Assembly (NCBI GenBank): GCA_003141235.1
Contig: PLLL01000014.1
Coordinates: 1-55,705 of the forward strand
Source: Dehalococcoidia bacterium
GTDB taxonomy: Bacteria; Chloroflexota; Dehalococcoidia; Dehalococcoidales; RBG-16-60-22
Direction: 5' to 3'
Length of the DNA stretch: 55,705 nt
Part shown: piece after piece, positions 27,160-35,347 of the stretch
How the letters are laid out: each line of letters opens with the position of its first letter
Position numbering within the stretch: position 1 is the first letter of the stretch
Program-made: the position numbers and the translations under genes
Notes under the pieces: model-generated
The model's input: the letters and a program-made list of their open reading frames with translations, nothing else
Told to the model about the DNA's origin: nothing
The model's database searches: none

Positions 27160-27999
27160 TTAGCTGCTCGCTACCAGCGTGCATTCTTTGAAAATGATGT
27201 TCTTGCCGTAACCTTCGTATTTACCGCGCAGGGCAACCGCCTGCCCTTCGCTGAGACGGCTCATATCTGCTACGCTTTCTTTCTCAAAACTGCACCGGGC
27301 ACTCCAGATTACCTTCCGTGCGCCGGTAAGGATTAAATAGCGGACATCGATATGGTCCCGGATAAATACCTTATTCACTATACCTTTGACAACCAGAGTT
27401 TTATCTTTCATGGCTGTACTTATACCCACACTGTCCGCCCTGAAGAGCGCGTCTATCTGGTCTATGGTTAACTGGGTCCCATCCGTAATCGAATTCAGAC
27501 TGGGCACCATTATTAGTTCCGGTTTTGGTTCCGGCGGAGTTTCCGGCCTGGGTCTTGCTACAGGCTGCGGCGCAGGTTGCGGCGCGGACTCTTCTTTAGG
27601 CAAAAGCACAGGCTCCGGTCGGCTCCGGGGCAATAATTCCGTTAATGGTTGAGGCGCTAACTCCGGTCTGGGCTGCGGCACCGGCTGCGGACTTGTTTGC
27701 GCTACCGGTCTTGGCGCAGGTTGAGGCGGCGGTCTATATGACGGCTTTGGCGGGCGTCTTTGCTTCCACAGGGGATCCGGTTTAGGTTCGGGCTCAGGTT
27801 CCGGTTCCGGCTCGTATTTTACTTCCGGTTCAGTCTCCGGCTCCTCAGACTTGTAAGAAGGACTTCTCTCTTCCTGAAGTTCTTTATAAGTCTTATCTAT
27901 CGGCTTGAAACCGCCGTACAAAAGCGGATAACCACACCACTGACAGACCCAGTCTTTAGTGCGGAGAGTGCGACGTCCACAATTAGGACAAGCTGCCAT
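27160..27999 (-). CDS. Zinc-ribbon / proline-rich linker / OB-fold (tRNA_anti-like) protein
   Basis: The N-terminus CPNCGRR...CQWCGYP is followed by a roughly 130-aa Pro/Glu/Gln-rich low-complexity stretch (PEPEPEPEPKP, PQPAPRP...). The C-terminal segment resembles the OB-fold tRNA_anti-like family. Confidence 0.7.
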   Translation of the reverse strand: MAACPNCGRRTLRTKDWVCQWCGYPLLYGGFKPIDKTYKELQEERSPSYKSEEPETEPEVKYEPEPEPEPEPKPDPLWKQRRPPKPSYRPPPQPAPRPVAQTSPQPVPQPRPELAPQPLTELLPRSRPEPVLLPKEESAPQPAPQPVARPRPETPPEPKPELIMVPSLNSITDGTQLTIDQIDALFRADSVGISTAMKDKTLVVKGIVNKVFIRDHIDVRYLILTGARKVIWSARCSFEKESVADMSRLSEGQAVALRGKYEGYGKNIIFKECTLVASS

Positions 28000-28124
28000 A
28001 TAAAAAATCCTCTATATATTAGATTACATTTGCAGGGGGTAGCTTGTCAATATGGTAACGATAGATAACAGTTCAACCGGCTCCGGATACTTAACATTAC
28101 AGCATTAACTTTCCTTATTTTATA

Positions 28125-28153
28125 TTGACACATTACTTAACAAGAATTATAAT
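28125..28153 (+). promoter_or_regulatory. Consensus sigma70-type promoter of the dnaJ-like/hspR/clpB operon
   Basis: Perfect TTGACA (28125-28130), a 17-nt spacer, then perfect TATAAT (28148-28153). The RBS AGGAG is at 28168-28172. The inverted repeat TTACTT (28133-28138) / AAGTAA (28156-28161) brackets the -10. Confidence 0.6.
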
Positions 28154-28179
28154 GAAAGTAAGGTTTTAGGAGTAAAGAA

Positions 28180-29181
28180 ATGGCTAAAGACTATTATGAG
28201 CTTCTGGGTGTTAAAAAGGATGCTACCGAGAAAGACATCAAGCAGGCCTATCGGCGCATGGCGCGCAAGTACCATCCGGACGTTAACCCCGGCAACAAAG
28301 CCGCCGAGGCCAAGTTCAAGGAGATAAACGCCGCCCACGAAATACTCTCCGACAAAGAGAAACGGGCCAAATACGATAAGTACGGTGATAAATGGCAGTA
28401 CGCCGACCAGTTTGAAAAAGCCGGGGGAGCCGGTAGGCCGCAGCAGCCGCAGTATCAAGAATACTCCCCGAATGACGAGACAGGTTTTCACTTCGGCGGG
28501 GGCAGCGGCGGTATGGACAGCATCTTTGAAGATCTGCTTAGAGGCGGTCGCTCCGGGGGCTTTTCCCGCCGCGCCCAGCCCAAACGCGGACAGGATCTGG
28601 AAACAGCCGTTGAGATAACGCTGGAAGAAGCCTACAGCGGCACCAGCCGCACCATCAGCCTCCAGGTAGAAGAGACCTGCGCCACCTGTAAAGGCACAGG
28701 GCGGATTCAGAACGTAACCTGCTCGATATGCCGCGGCGCCGGTGTCGCACCAACTATTAAGCGGCTTGAGGTGAAAATCCCCGCCGGTGTCAGCACGGGC
28801 TCACGAGTACGTGTCGCCGGCAAAGGGCAGCCCGGTTACGGCGGCGCCAGCGGCGATCTTTACCTGATTGTCACGGTAATGCCTCACCAAGCATTCGATC
28901 GGGATGGCGATAATCTTAACACTACTATCGCCGTGCCGCTAACTGTAGCCATGCTGGGCGGTGAAATACAGGTGCCTACCCCGAAAGGGAAACTGTCCCT
29001 AAAAATACCGCCGGAAACGCAGAATGGACGCATTTTCCGCCTCGCCGGTCAGGGCATGCCCCATCTGGGGAATATCAACCGAGGCGACATTTTAGCCAAG
29101 ATAAACGTTATTTTACCAACCGGACTTACGGAAAAAGAAAAGGAGCTTTTCAGGCAGCTGAGTAAGATACGGCCGGCCTGA
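28180..29181 (+). CDS. DnaJ-class co-chaperone (J domain, G-rich region, reduced zinc finger, C-terminal substrate domains)
   Basis: It has the J-domain with HPD (YHPDVNPGN), a GGGSGG region, only two CxxCxG motifs ([16 protein letters not shown]), and DnaJ_C-like domains. Confidence 0.85.
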   Translation: MAKDYYELLGVKKDATEKDIKQAYRRMARKYHPDVNPGNKAAEAKFKEINAAHEILSDKEKRAKYDKYGDKWQYADQFEKAGGAGRPQQPQYQEYSPNDETGFHFGGGSGGMDSIFEDLLRGGRSGGFSRRAQPKRGQDLETAVEITLEEAYSGTSRTISLQVEETCATCKGTGRIQNVTCSICRGAGVAPTIKRLEVKIPAGVSTGSRVRVAGKGQPGYGGASGDLYLIVTVMPHQAFDRDGDNLNTTIAVPLTVAMLGGEIQVPTPKGKLSLKIPPETQNGRIFRLAGQGMPHLGNINRGDILAKINVILPTGLTEKEKELFRQLSKIRPA

Positions 29182-29199
29182 AGCTAAGTGGGGGTGAAC

Positions 29200-29523
29200 A
29201 TGAGCAAGGAAAGACATGATACAGAACCACGTTACGTCATCAGCATTGCGGCCAGGATGCTGGATACGCAGACCTATACCCTGCGCTATTATGAAAAAGT
29301 CGGTATCATCGCGCCGGGCCGCTCTCGGGGGAACGTCCGCCTGTACTCGGATAGAGACATTGCCGTGCTACAGAGAGTTAAGTCGCTGGTAGATGATATG
29401 GGTATTAACCTGCCGGGGGTGGAAGTAATTCTACGCATGATGGAACAGATGGGAGAGATGCAGAAAGAGTTGGAACAAGCGCATGAAGAACTACAGAAGC
29501 TGCATCAGGGAGAAGAGATATGA
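29200..29523 (+). CDS. hspR: MerR-family heat-shock regulator (HspR/CbpM-like)
   Basis: It has the MerR HTH ([26 protein letters not shown]) and sits between the J-protein gene and clpB. ATG 29200 follows GGGGGTG. Confidence 0.7.
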   Translation: MSKERHDTEPRYVISIAARMLDTQTYTLRYYEKVGIIAPGRSRGNVRLYSDRDIAVLQRVKSLVDDMGINLPGVEVILRMMEQMGEMQKELEQAHEELQKLHQGEEI

Positions 29524-32000
29524 GACAGGAAAGATTTACAGAACAGGCACAGGAAGCTTTACAAACATCCCAGCAAATGGCGATGCAGTTCAAGCACAGC
29601 CAGTGGGATGTTGAACATATACTGCTGGCACTGCTCGTACAGCAGCGGGGCCTGGTGGGAGAAATTCTTAAAGAACTCGGCGTTGACGCGGAGGCGACTC
29701 GCCGCAAGACGGAAGAAGCCCTGGAAAGGACTCCCAAGATTGCCTACCAGTCGGGTCAACTTTATGCCACGCCGCGTGTCACCGGGTTGATGTCCCGCGC
29801 TGAAGAAGAGGCCAAGCGGCTCAAGGACGAATTTATCAGCACGGAGCACCTGCTTATCGCCATAGTTAGCGATGATAAAGGCGATGCGGCAAAAATACTT
29901 CACAGCGCCGGCATTACCCAGGAAAAGGTATATGCCGCCCTCCAGAAGCTCCGCGGCGGACACCGCGTGACGGATACGCACGCCGAAAGCAAGTACCGCT
30001 CCCTCCAGAAGTATGGCCGCGACCTGACCCAGTTTGCCCGCGAGGGCAAGCTCGACCCGGTTATCGGACGCGATGAAGAAATCAAGCGGGTCATGCAGAT
30101 ACTCACCCGGCGCACCAAGAACAACCCGGTCATCGTCGGAGAGGCAGGCGTCGGCAAGACAGCCATCGCCGAAGGGCTGGCGGAGAAAATAGCCGCCGAT
30201 GATGTCCCGGACTCCCTGAAAGGGCGCAAGGTAATCGCTCTGGACATGGGGGCGCTGGTGGCCGGCAGCAAGTTCCGCGGCGAGTTCGAGGAGCGGCTTA
30301 AGTCGGTCATGGACGAAGTAAGGGAATCCAAGTGAGAAGTAATACTCTTTATTGACGAGATACATACCGTCGTGGGCGCCGGGGCCGCTGAAGGCTCAAT
30401 CGATGCCAGTAACATGCTCAAACCGGCGCTGGCGCACGGCGAGCTCCAGTGCATCGGCGCGACCACAATCGATGAATATCGCAAACATATCGAAAAAGAT
30501 AAAGCCCTGGAAAGGCGTTTCCAGCCGGTCTATCTTGACGAGCCCAGTGTGGAGGATACTATCAAGATTCTGCGCGGCCTGCGCCCCCGTTACGAGGCAC
30601 ATCATAAGATAAAGATTACCGATGAAGCTCTGGAAGCGGCGGCCAGGCTCTCCCAGCGCTATATCTCCGACCGCCATTTGCCGGACAAGGCCATCGACCT
30701 TATCGATGAGGCCGCCAGCAAACTGCGTATCGATACAGAGAGCGCCTCGCCCGAAGAAAAGGACATGGAACAACGTATCAAGCACCTGGCTAACGAGGAA
30801 GAAGCCGCTACACAGCGCCAGGACTACGAACAATCTGCCAAGTTAAAGGCAGACAGGTTAAAGCTAGAGCCTGAATATAAAGAGGCGAAGAAACAACGGC
30901 TGCAGAAGGAGAAAATCAGCGAGGAGGTAGGCGCCGAGCAGATTGCCAATCTTGTTTCCAAGTGGACGGGCATACCGGTTTCCCAGATGCTGGAAGGCGA
31001 AGCGCAAAAATTGCTCCATATGGAAGAGCGCATCCACGAGCGACTTATCAACCAGGAGGAGGCGGTAGCTGCCATCTCCGAGGCAATAAGGCGGAGCCGG
31101 GCCGGACTTAAAGACCCGCGGCGGCCTATCGGCAGTTTCATGTTCCTGGGGCCGACGGGCGTCGGCAAGACCGAACTTGTACGCACCCTGGCCTGGTTCC
31201 TGTTCGATGATGAGAACGCCATGGTACGGCTGGATATGTCCGAATACCAGGAGAAGCACACTGTATCGCGGCTCATCGGGGCGCCGCCCGGCTATATCGG
31301 TTACGACGAGGGCGGCCAGCTTACTGAGGCCGTGCGCCGGCGTCCTTTCCGCGTTATCCTGCTCGACGAAGTGGAAAAGGCGCACCCGGAGGTCTTCAAT
31401 ACCCTGCTCCAGATTATGGATGACGGGCGGTTGACCGACGGACAGGGACGGACGGTGGACTTTAAGAATACGGTCATCATCATGACCAGCAACGCCGGTG
31501 TCGATTTAATCAAGCGCGAGGGGCAACTCGGTTTTTCCACGAAGAAAGAGGACGCCAGGGCAAAGCAAGGCTACGAGTCGATGAAAGAAAAGGTCATGAC
31601 CGAGGTCAAGAGGCTCTTCCGCCCCGAGTTCCTGAACCGGCTTGACGATATCATCGTTTTCCACGAGCTTAGCGAGGAGCAGCTCGGTAAAATCGTCGAC
31701 CTCATGGTGAAAGACCTGGAAAAGAGACTCGCCGAGCGTAAGGTTGGCCTTGAGCTGACCAAGAAAGCAAAATCCTGGCTGGCCAGGGAAGGCTACGACC
31801 CCGTTTACGGGGCGCGTCCCCTGCGGCGGGTCATCGAGCGCTATGTAGAGAATCCGCTCTCCAGCAAGATGCTCCGCGGCGAGCTTAAGGAAGGCGACAC
31901 GGTTAAAGTAGGCCTGAACAAAGAAGGCAAAAAATTGACCTTTAAAACCAAGGCGGGGGGAAGTAGCAAATTACAAGTAGCAATTAGCAAGGAAGCTTAA
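29520..32000 (+). pseudogene. clpB: ClpB disaggregase interrupted by one in-frame TGA (30333-30335); otherwise full length
   Basis: Track ORFs 29520-30335 and 30372-32000 share a frame. Together they give the N-domain, NBD1 (GEAGVGKT ... ILFIDEIH), the M-domain coiled coil, NBD2 (GPTGVGKT) and the C-terminal domain. The ATG overlaps the hspR stop (ATGA). Confidence 0.85.
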
Positions 32001-32167
32001 AAGTAACAAGTAACGATGAAGAGGGAATAGAGAAATCTTTCGACTAGCTCAGGGTAAAGGGGGGCGGGTTAGAAACCGACCTCTCCCCCTTTAGTCCCCC
32101 TCTCCGTCCCGATTCCCTTGTCATACGGGATGGCGTAACGCCGCCATTGACAGAGAGGGGGAGATGT

Positions 32168-32202
32168 AAGAGTCCCGACTAAAAACCGGGACTCTTCTTT
32201 AT
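32168..32202 (+). terminator. Stem-loop downstream of clpB
   Basis: AAGAGTCCCG (32168-32177) pairs with CGGGACTCTT (32187-32196) around a 9-nt loop, followed by CTTTAT. Confidence 0.4.
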
Positions 32203-32267
32203 CCTCGCGTTTTGGGATAAAAGAGGGAAAAGGGAATAGGGTACAAGGTAGAGGGGATGACGGCTGG

Positions 32268-32299
32268 ATACCGGCTTTCGCCGGTATGGTTTTATTCTT
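32268..32299 (+). terminator. Intrinsic-terminator-like hairpin
   Basis: ATACCGGC-TTTC-GCCGGTAT followed by GGTTTTATTCTT. Confidence 0.45.
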
Positions 32300-32352
32300 G
32301 TAGAGATTCTCACGCCCCGATTGCGCCGGTCGGGCGGGTTAGAAACCCGCCC
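32300..32352 (+). repeat. Dispersed repeat family copy D (5' box only) fused to a GGGCGGG-TTAGAAA-CCCGCCC hairpin
   Basis: GTAGAGATTCTCACGCCCCGA matches the 5' box. The 16-mer GGGCGGGTTAGAAACC (32332-32347) recurs at 32062-32077. Confidence 0.7.
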
Positions 32353-32367
32353 CTACTGTTTTGTTAA

Positions 32368-32397
32368 TTGAACTGGATTTATCTATACATGTATAAT
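32368..32397 (+). promoter_or_regulatory. Putative promoter giving a near-leaderless mRNA for the DedA-like gene
   Basis: TTGAAC (32368-32373), an 18-nt spacer, TATAAT (32392-32397), then 11 nt to ATG 32409. There is no SD. Confidence 0.4.
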
Positions 32398-32408
32398 AGA
32401 GACACATT

Positions 32409-33059
32409 ATGGTAAAGCAGGCCGCGGAAGAAAAACCAACCGGTACGACCGAGAATAACAGCGTTCCCGAAAAGACCGGTAAAAAATCCGCGAAAGGTGC
32501 CTTCATCCTCGGTATCCTCGGTATTGTCATTACGGTACTTATGGCCGTGGCTATCGTTGTCTATAAAGAACAAGTCCAGGAACTCCAGCAATACGGCTAC
32601 ATGGGGGCTTTCTTCATCAGCATCCTGGGCGGAGCCACGATAATTATTCCGGTGCCTATGCTGGCAATAGTTTTTGCGCTGGGGGGCGTCATGCCGTTAC
32701 CCTGGCTGGTCGGCTTATCAGCCGCGCTGGGAGAAACGGTAGGAGCTTTGTCCATCTATATGACCGGCCACAGCGCCGGCCGGGCTATAAGTGATATTAA
32801 ACACAGCCGCATTCAGAAAGCCTACGAGAAGATGCTGGACCTGATAGAGCGCCGGGGCACTATCACCTTATTAGCGGTAACATCGGTGGTTAATCCGTTT
32901 TTCTATCCCGCCGCCTTTGCCTGCGGCGCGCTGAAATTCGGTCTCAGGAAATATACCATCATTGTCTTCATCGGCAAGATCATCAAGTGCATGACGGTTG
33001 TCTACGCCGGTTACTTCGGACTTAAAGGGCTATTCCACCTGATAGGTGTAGACCTGTAG
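32409..33059 (+). CDS. DedA/YqaA-family (VTT domain) membrane protein
   Basis: A polytopic 216-aa protein. The YGYMGAFFISILGGATIIIPVPMLAIVFALGG segment is typical of the family. Confidence 0.6.
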   Translation: MVKQAAEEKPTGTTENNSVPEKTGKKSAKGAFILGILGIVITVLMAVAIVVYKEQVQELQQYGYMGAFFISILGGATIIIPVPMLAIVFALGGVMPLPWLVGLSAALGETVGALSIYMTGHSAGRAISDIKHSRIQKAYEKMLDLIERRGTITLLAVTSVVNPFFYPAAFACGALKFGLRKYTIIVFIGKIIKCMTVVYAGYFGLKGLFHLIGVDL

Positions 33060-33061
33060 AG

Positions 33062-33709
33062 CTACTCTTCTTTTATCGTTACTTTTATCAACTTATCGCC
33101 GGGCTTTGTTGCGGTGGAAGGGTCGCGCGGGGTTATTTTCTTCAGGACACTCATACTATCCGCAGAAAGCTGCCCAAAGACGGTATGCACACCATCAAGC
33201 CAAGGCGTTGCGACATAGGTAATGAAGAACTGCGAACCGTTGGTATTGGCACCGGAGTTGGCCATTGATAACGCGCCGGCGACGTTTTTGTGGGAAGTAA
33301 ATTCGTCGGCAAATTTATAGCCGGCGTCACCCGCGCCTGTCCCGGTGGGGTCGCCGCCCTGGACCATAAAATCCACGATAACGCGGTGAAAAGTGGTGCC
33401 GTCATAGAATCCCTGCCTGGCCAGGAAGACGAAGTTGTTAACCGTATTCGGGACATCTTTAGCGAATAACTCCAGTACCAGGTTCCCCTTTTCCGTTTCC
33501 ATGGTGGCCGTGTATTTTTTATTGACATCGATTTGCATCTTGGGGGCTGAATTCCATTTCATTATTTTTACCTCCGTTGTAGTTTGAGAAGTTGAAGCAA
33601 TAGTAGTAGCGGGAGAAGCTGTCGCCTTTTCCCCGCAGGCTATTACCATTAAACCCGCTAAAATTATTACTACGCCTAGAAATACTCTTTGCGATATCTT
33701 TCCTAGCAT
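33062..33709 (-). CDS. Peptidyl-prolyl cis-trans isomerase, cyclophilin type, lipoprotein
   Basis: It has the cyclophilin signature FHRVIVDFMVQGGDP and a signal peptide with the lipobox LMVIAC. ATG 33709 follows AAGGGGGAA. Confidence 0.85.
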   Translation of the reverse strand: MLGKISQRVFLGVVIILAGLMVIACGEKATASPATTIASTSQTTTEVKIMKWNSAPKMQIDVNKKYTATMETEKGNLVLELFAKDVPNTVNNFVFLARQGFYDGTTFHRVIVDFMVQGGDPTGTGAGDAGYKFADEFTSHKNVAGALSMANSGANTNGSQFFITYVATPWLDGVHTVFGQLSADSMSVLKKITPRDPSTATKPGDKLIKVTIKEE

Positions 33710-34030
33710 GATTGGTTCCCCCTTACGGATCATGATAATATCTATAATTTTATCTTATTTATATGGAAATGCGCAATAACAAAGTGAAAAACGAAAAGGG
33801 GCCGGGCAAATCCTTAAGCTCTTCTAACTCAAGGACTGGCCGGGCCCCTTCTTCTGGGCCTTTATCAAGCTGGGGAACAACTTGATTTAACAATATAAGA
33901 ATAGCACCGTTAATGTAAACAAAGCATAAACACGGCCAGAACCTTTATAAACAAGCTGTATATTTTTAAGATACCGGCAGGTGCCCTTGCCAGCGGCTTC
34001 GCATTTATGCTAAATTAAAGAGGCGTACTT

Positions 34031-34106
34031 GGGCCCGTAGTTCACTCGGGAGAACGTTTGCCTGGCAGGCAAAAGGTAGGGGGTTCGAATCCCCCCGGGT
34101 CCACCA
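34031..34106 (+). tRNA. tRNA-Ala (anticodon GGC)
   Basis: A 76-nt cloverleaf: acceptor GGGCCCG/CGGGTCC with the G3:U70 Ala identity pair, anticodon loop CTGGCAG (GGC at 34064-34066), T-loop TTCGAAT, and an encoded CCA. Confidence 0.9.
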
Positions 34107-34465
34107 GCAAGCCTAAAATAACTTTCCTAAACTCAGGGAATCCCGGTCAGTACGATTCGATTAGTCCAAATCACTATACGAGCTTAGCTGTTCCGTTATA
34201 CCATTTGATTGAAGGTTTTCTATTATCCTGCCGGGTAGAAAGAAACGCCTACTGAAGCAATGCTGAGAAGAATTGGTATTGACTTGACAGGTTGAATGAA
34301 AACCCGGTGATGCAAATTCATCGCAGTCTGCTGATGAGTAAGCATTAGAGTAAGGAAACGCCATCGATGGTATCCGATTGACACGAATACATAAAGGTAA
34401 TATCATTATCATGAGTCTGCTTACTCGTAAAGAATTCATGTGGCAAATAATCTGAGGGGAAATAC

Positions 34466-35323
34466 GTGGGGACTAGTTCCAGCCAAACGTCAAAGGTTAT
34501 CTCAATCCCAATTATTAAAATACGCCCGGTACGCGGTTGGGTACCGGTCAATCTTGGCGAATTGTGGGACTATCGCGAACTGCTGTACTTTCTGGTCTGG
34601 CGCGATATTAAAGTTCGCTATAAGCAAACAGCGCTGGGTATTATCTGGGCGGTCATACAACCACTGCTCACGATGGTAGTCTTTTCTCTTTTCTTCGGCA
34701 CACTGGCAAAAGTTCCTTCTGAAAGTATCCCCTACCCACTTTTTACCTATGCTGCGCTGGTGCCGTGGACATTGTTTGCCAATGGGATAACCCGGGCGTC
34801 TGTCAGCCTGGTTCAAGACGCCAACGTCATTCAAAAAGTCTACTTTCCCCGGCTCCTCACGCCATTGGCAAGCATACTTACACCCCTGGTTGATTTTGTG
34901 ATTTCGCTTGTTATTCTTATCGGCCTGATGTTCTACTACCATTATTCTCCCTCTATAACGATGCTATGGTTACCCCTCTTCCTTTTGCTGGAGCTTATCC
35001 TTGCTCTGGGCGTGGGGCTGTGGTTATCCGCCATAAATGTGGAGTACCGCGATGTTGGTTATGCTACTCCATTCTTGATCCAGCTGTGGCTTTTCGCCTC
35101 ACCGGTTATTTACTCCAGCAATTTTGTCCCTGAGCGCTTTCAGGTGGCCTACGGTCTGCTGAACCCGATGTCCGGAATAATAGAAGGCTTTCGCTGGGCG
35201 ATACTGGGCACAGAACCACCAAGCTATTTGATAATTGCTTCGGCAGCCATTATTGCCATCATACTTATAACAGGAGTCTTCTATTTCCGGCGCCGCGAAA
35301 GAGTTTTTGCTGATGTTGTGTGA
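34466..35323 (+). CDS. wzm: ABC-2 type polysaccharide exporter permease (Wzm/TagG/KpsM-like)
   Basis: A 285-aa, 6-TM ABC-2 membrane protein (RDIKVRYKQTALGIIWAVIQPLL). The GTG start follows GAGGGGA. Confidence 0.85.
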   Translation: MGTSSSQTSKVISIPIIKIRPVRGWVPVNLGELWDYRELLYFLVWRDIKVRYKQTALGIIWAVIQPLLTMVVFSLFFGTLAKVPSESIPYPLFTYAALVPWTLFANGITRASVSLVQDANVIQKVYFPRLLTPLASILTPLVDFVISLVILIGLMFYYHYSPSITMLWLPLFLLLELILALGVGLWLSAINVEYRDVGYATPFLIQLWLFASPVIYSSNFVPERFQVAYGLLNPMSGIIEGFRWAILGTEPPSYLIIASAAIIAIILITGVFYFRRRERVFADVV

Positions 35324-35347
35324 GCGAATAAATGCGAGGAAACCGGT

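Noticed and set aside
30333-30400. SECIS element or a global UGA=Gly reassignment (genetic code 25) as explanations for the clpB TGA
   Set aside because: I found no convincing stem-loop by eye in the 60 nt after the TGA. Many genes in this window clearly terminate at TGA (hypE, the tatB-like gene, tatC, hspR), so UGA is a normal stop here. The site itself is kept as a finding.
29559-30484. Long minus-strand ORFs (29559-30365 and 29900-30484), one of which spans the clpB TGA site
   Set aside because: ClpB motifs on the + strand continue on both sides of the TGA. The antisense ORFs have no recognisable domains or RBS.
33790-33870. Long-loop hairpin (AAGGGGCC...GGCCCCTT) between the cyclophilin gene and tRNA-Ala as a possible small RNA
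   Set aside because: It has only an 8-bp stem with a loop of roughly 38 nt. I recognised no conserved motif, which is insufficient to call an ncRNA without covariance data.
34058-34255. 65-aa ORF overlapping tRNA-Ala
   Set aside because: Its first third is the tRNA gene itself, so it is not a real CDS. Only its C-terminal integrase-like words were retained, as a low-confidence finding.
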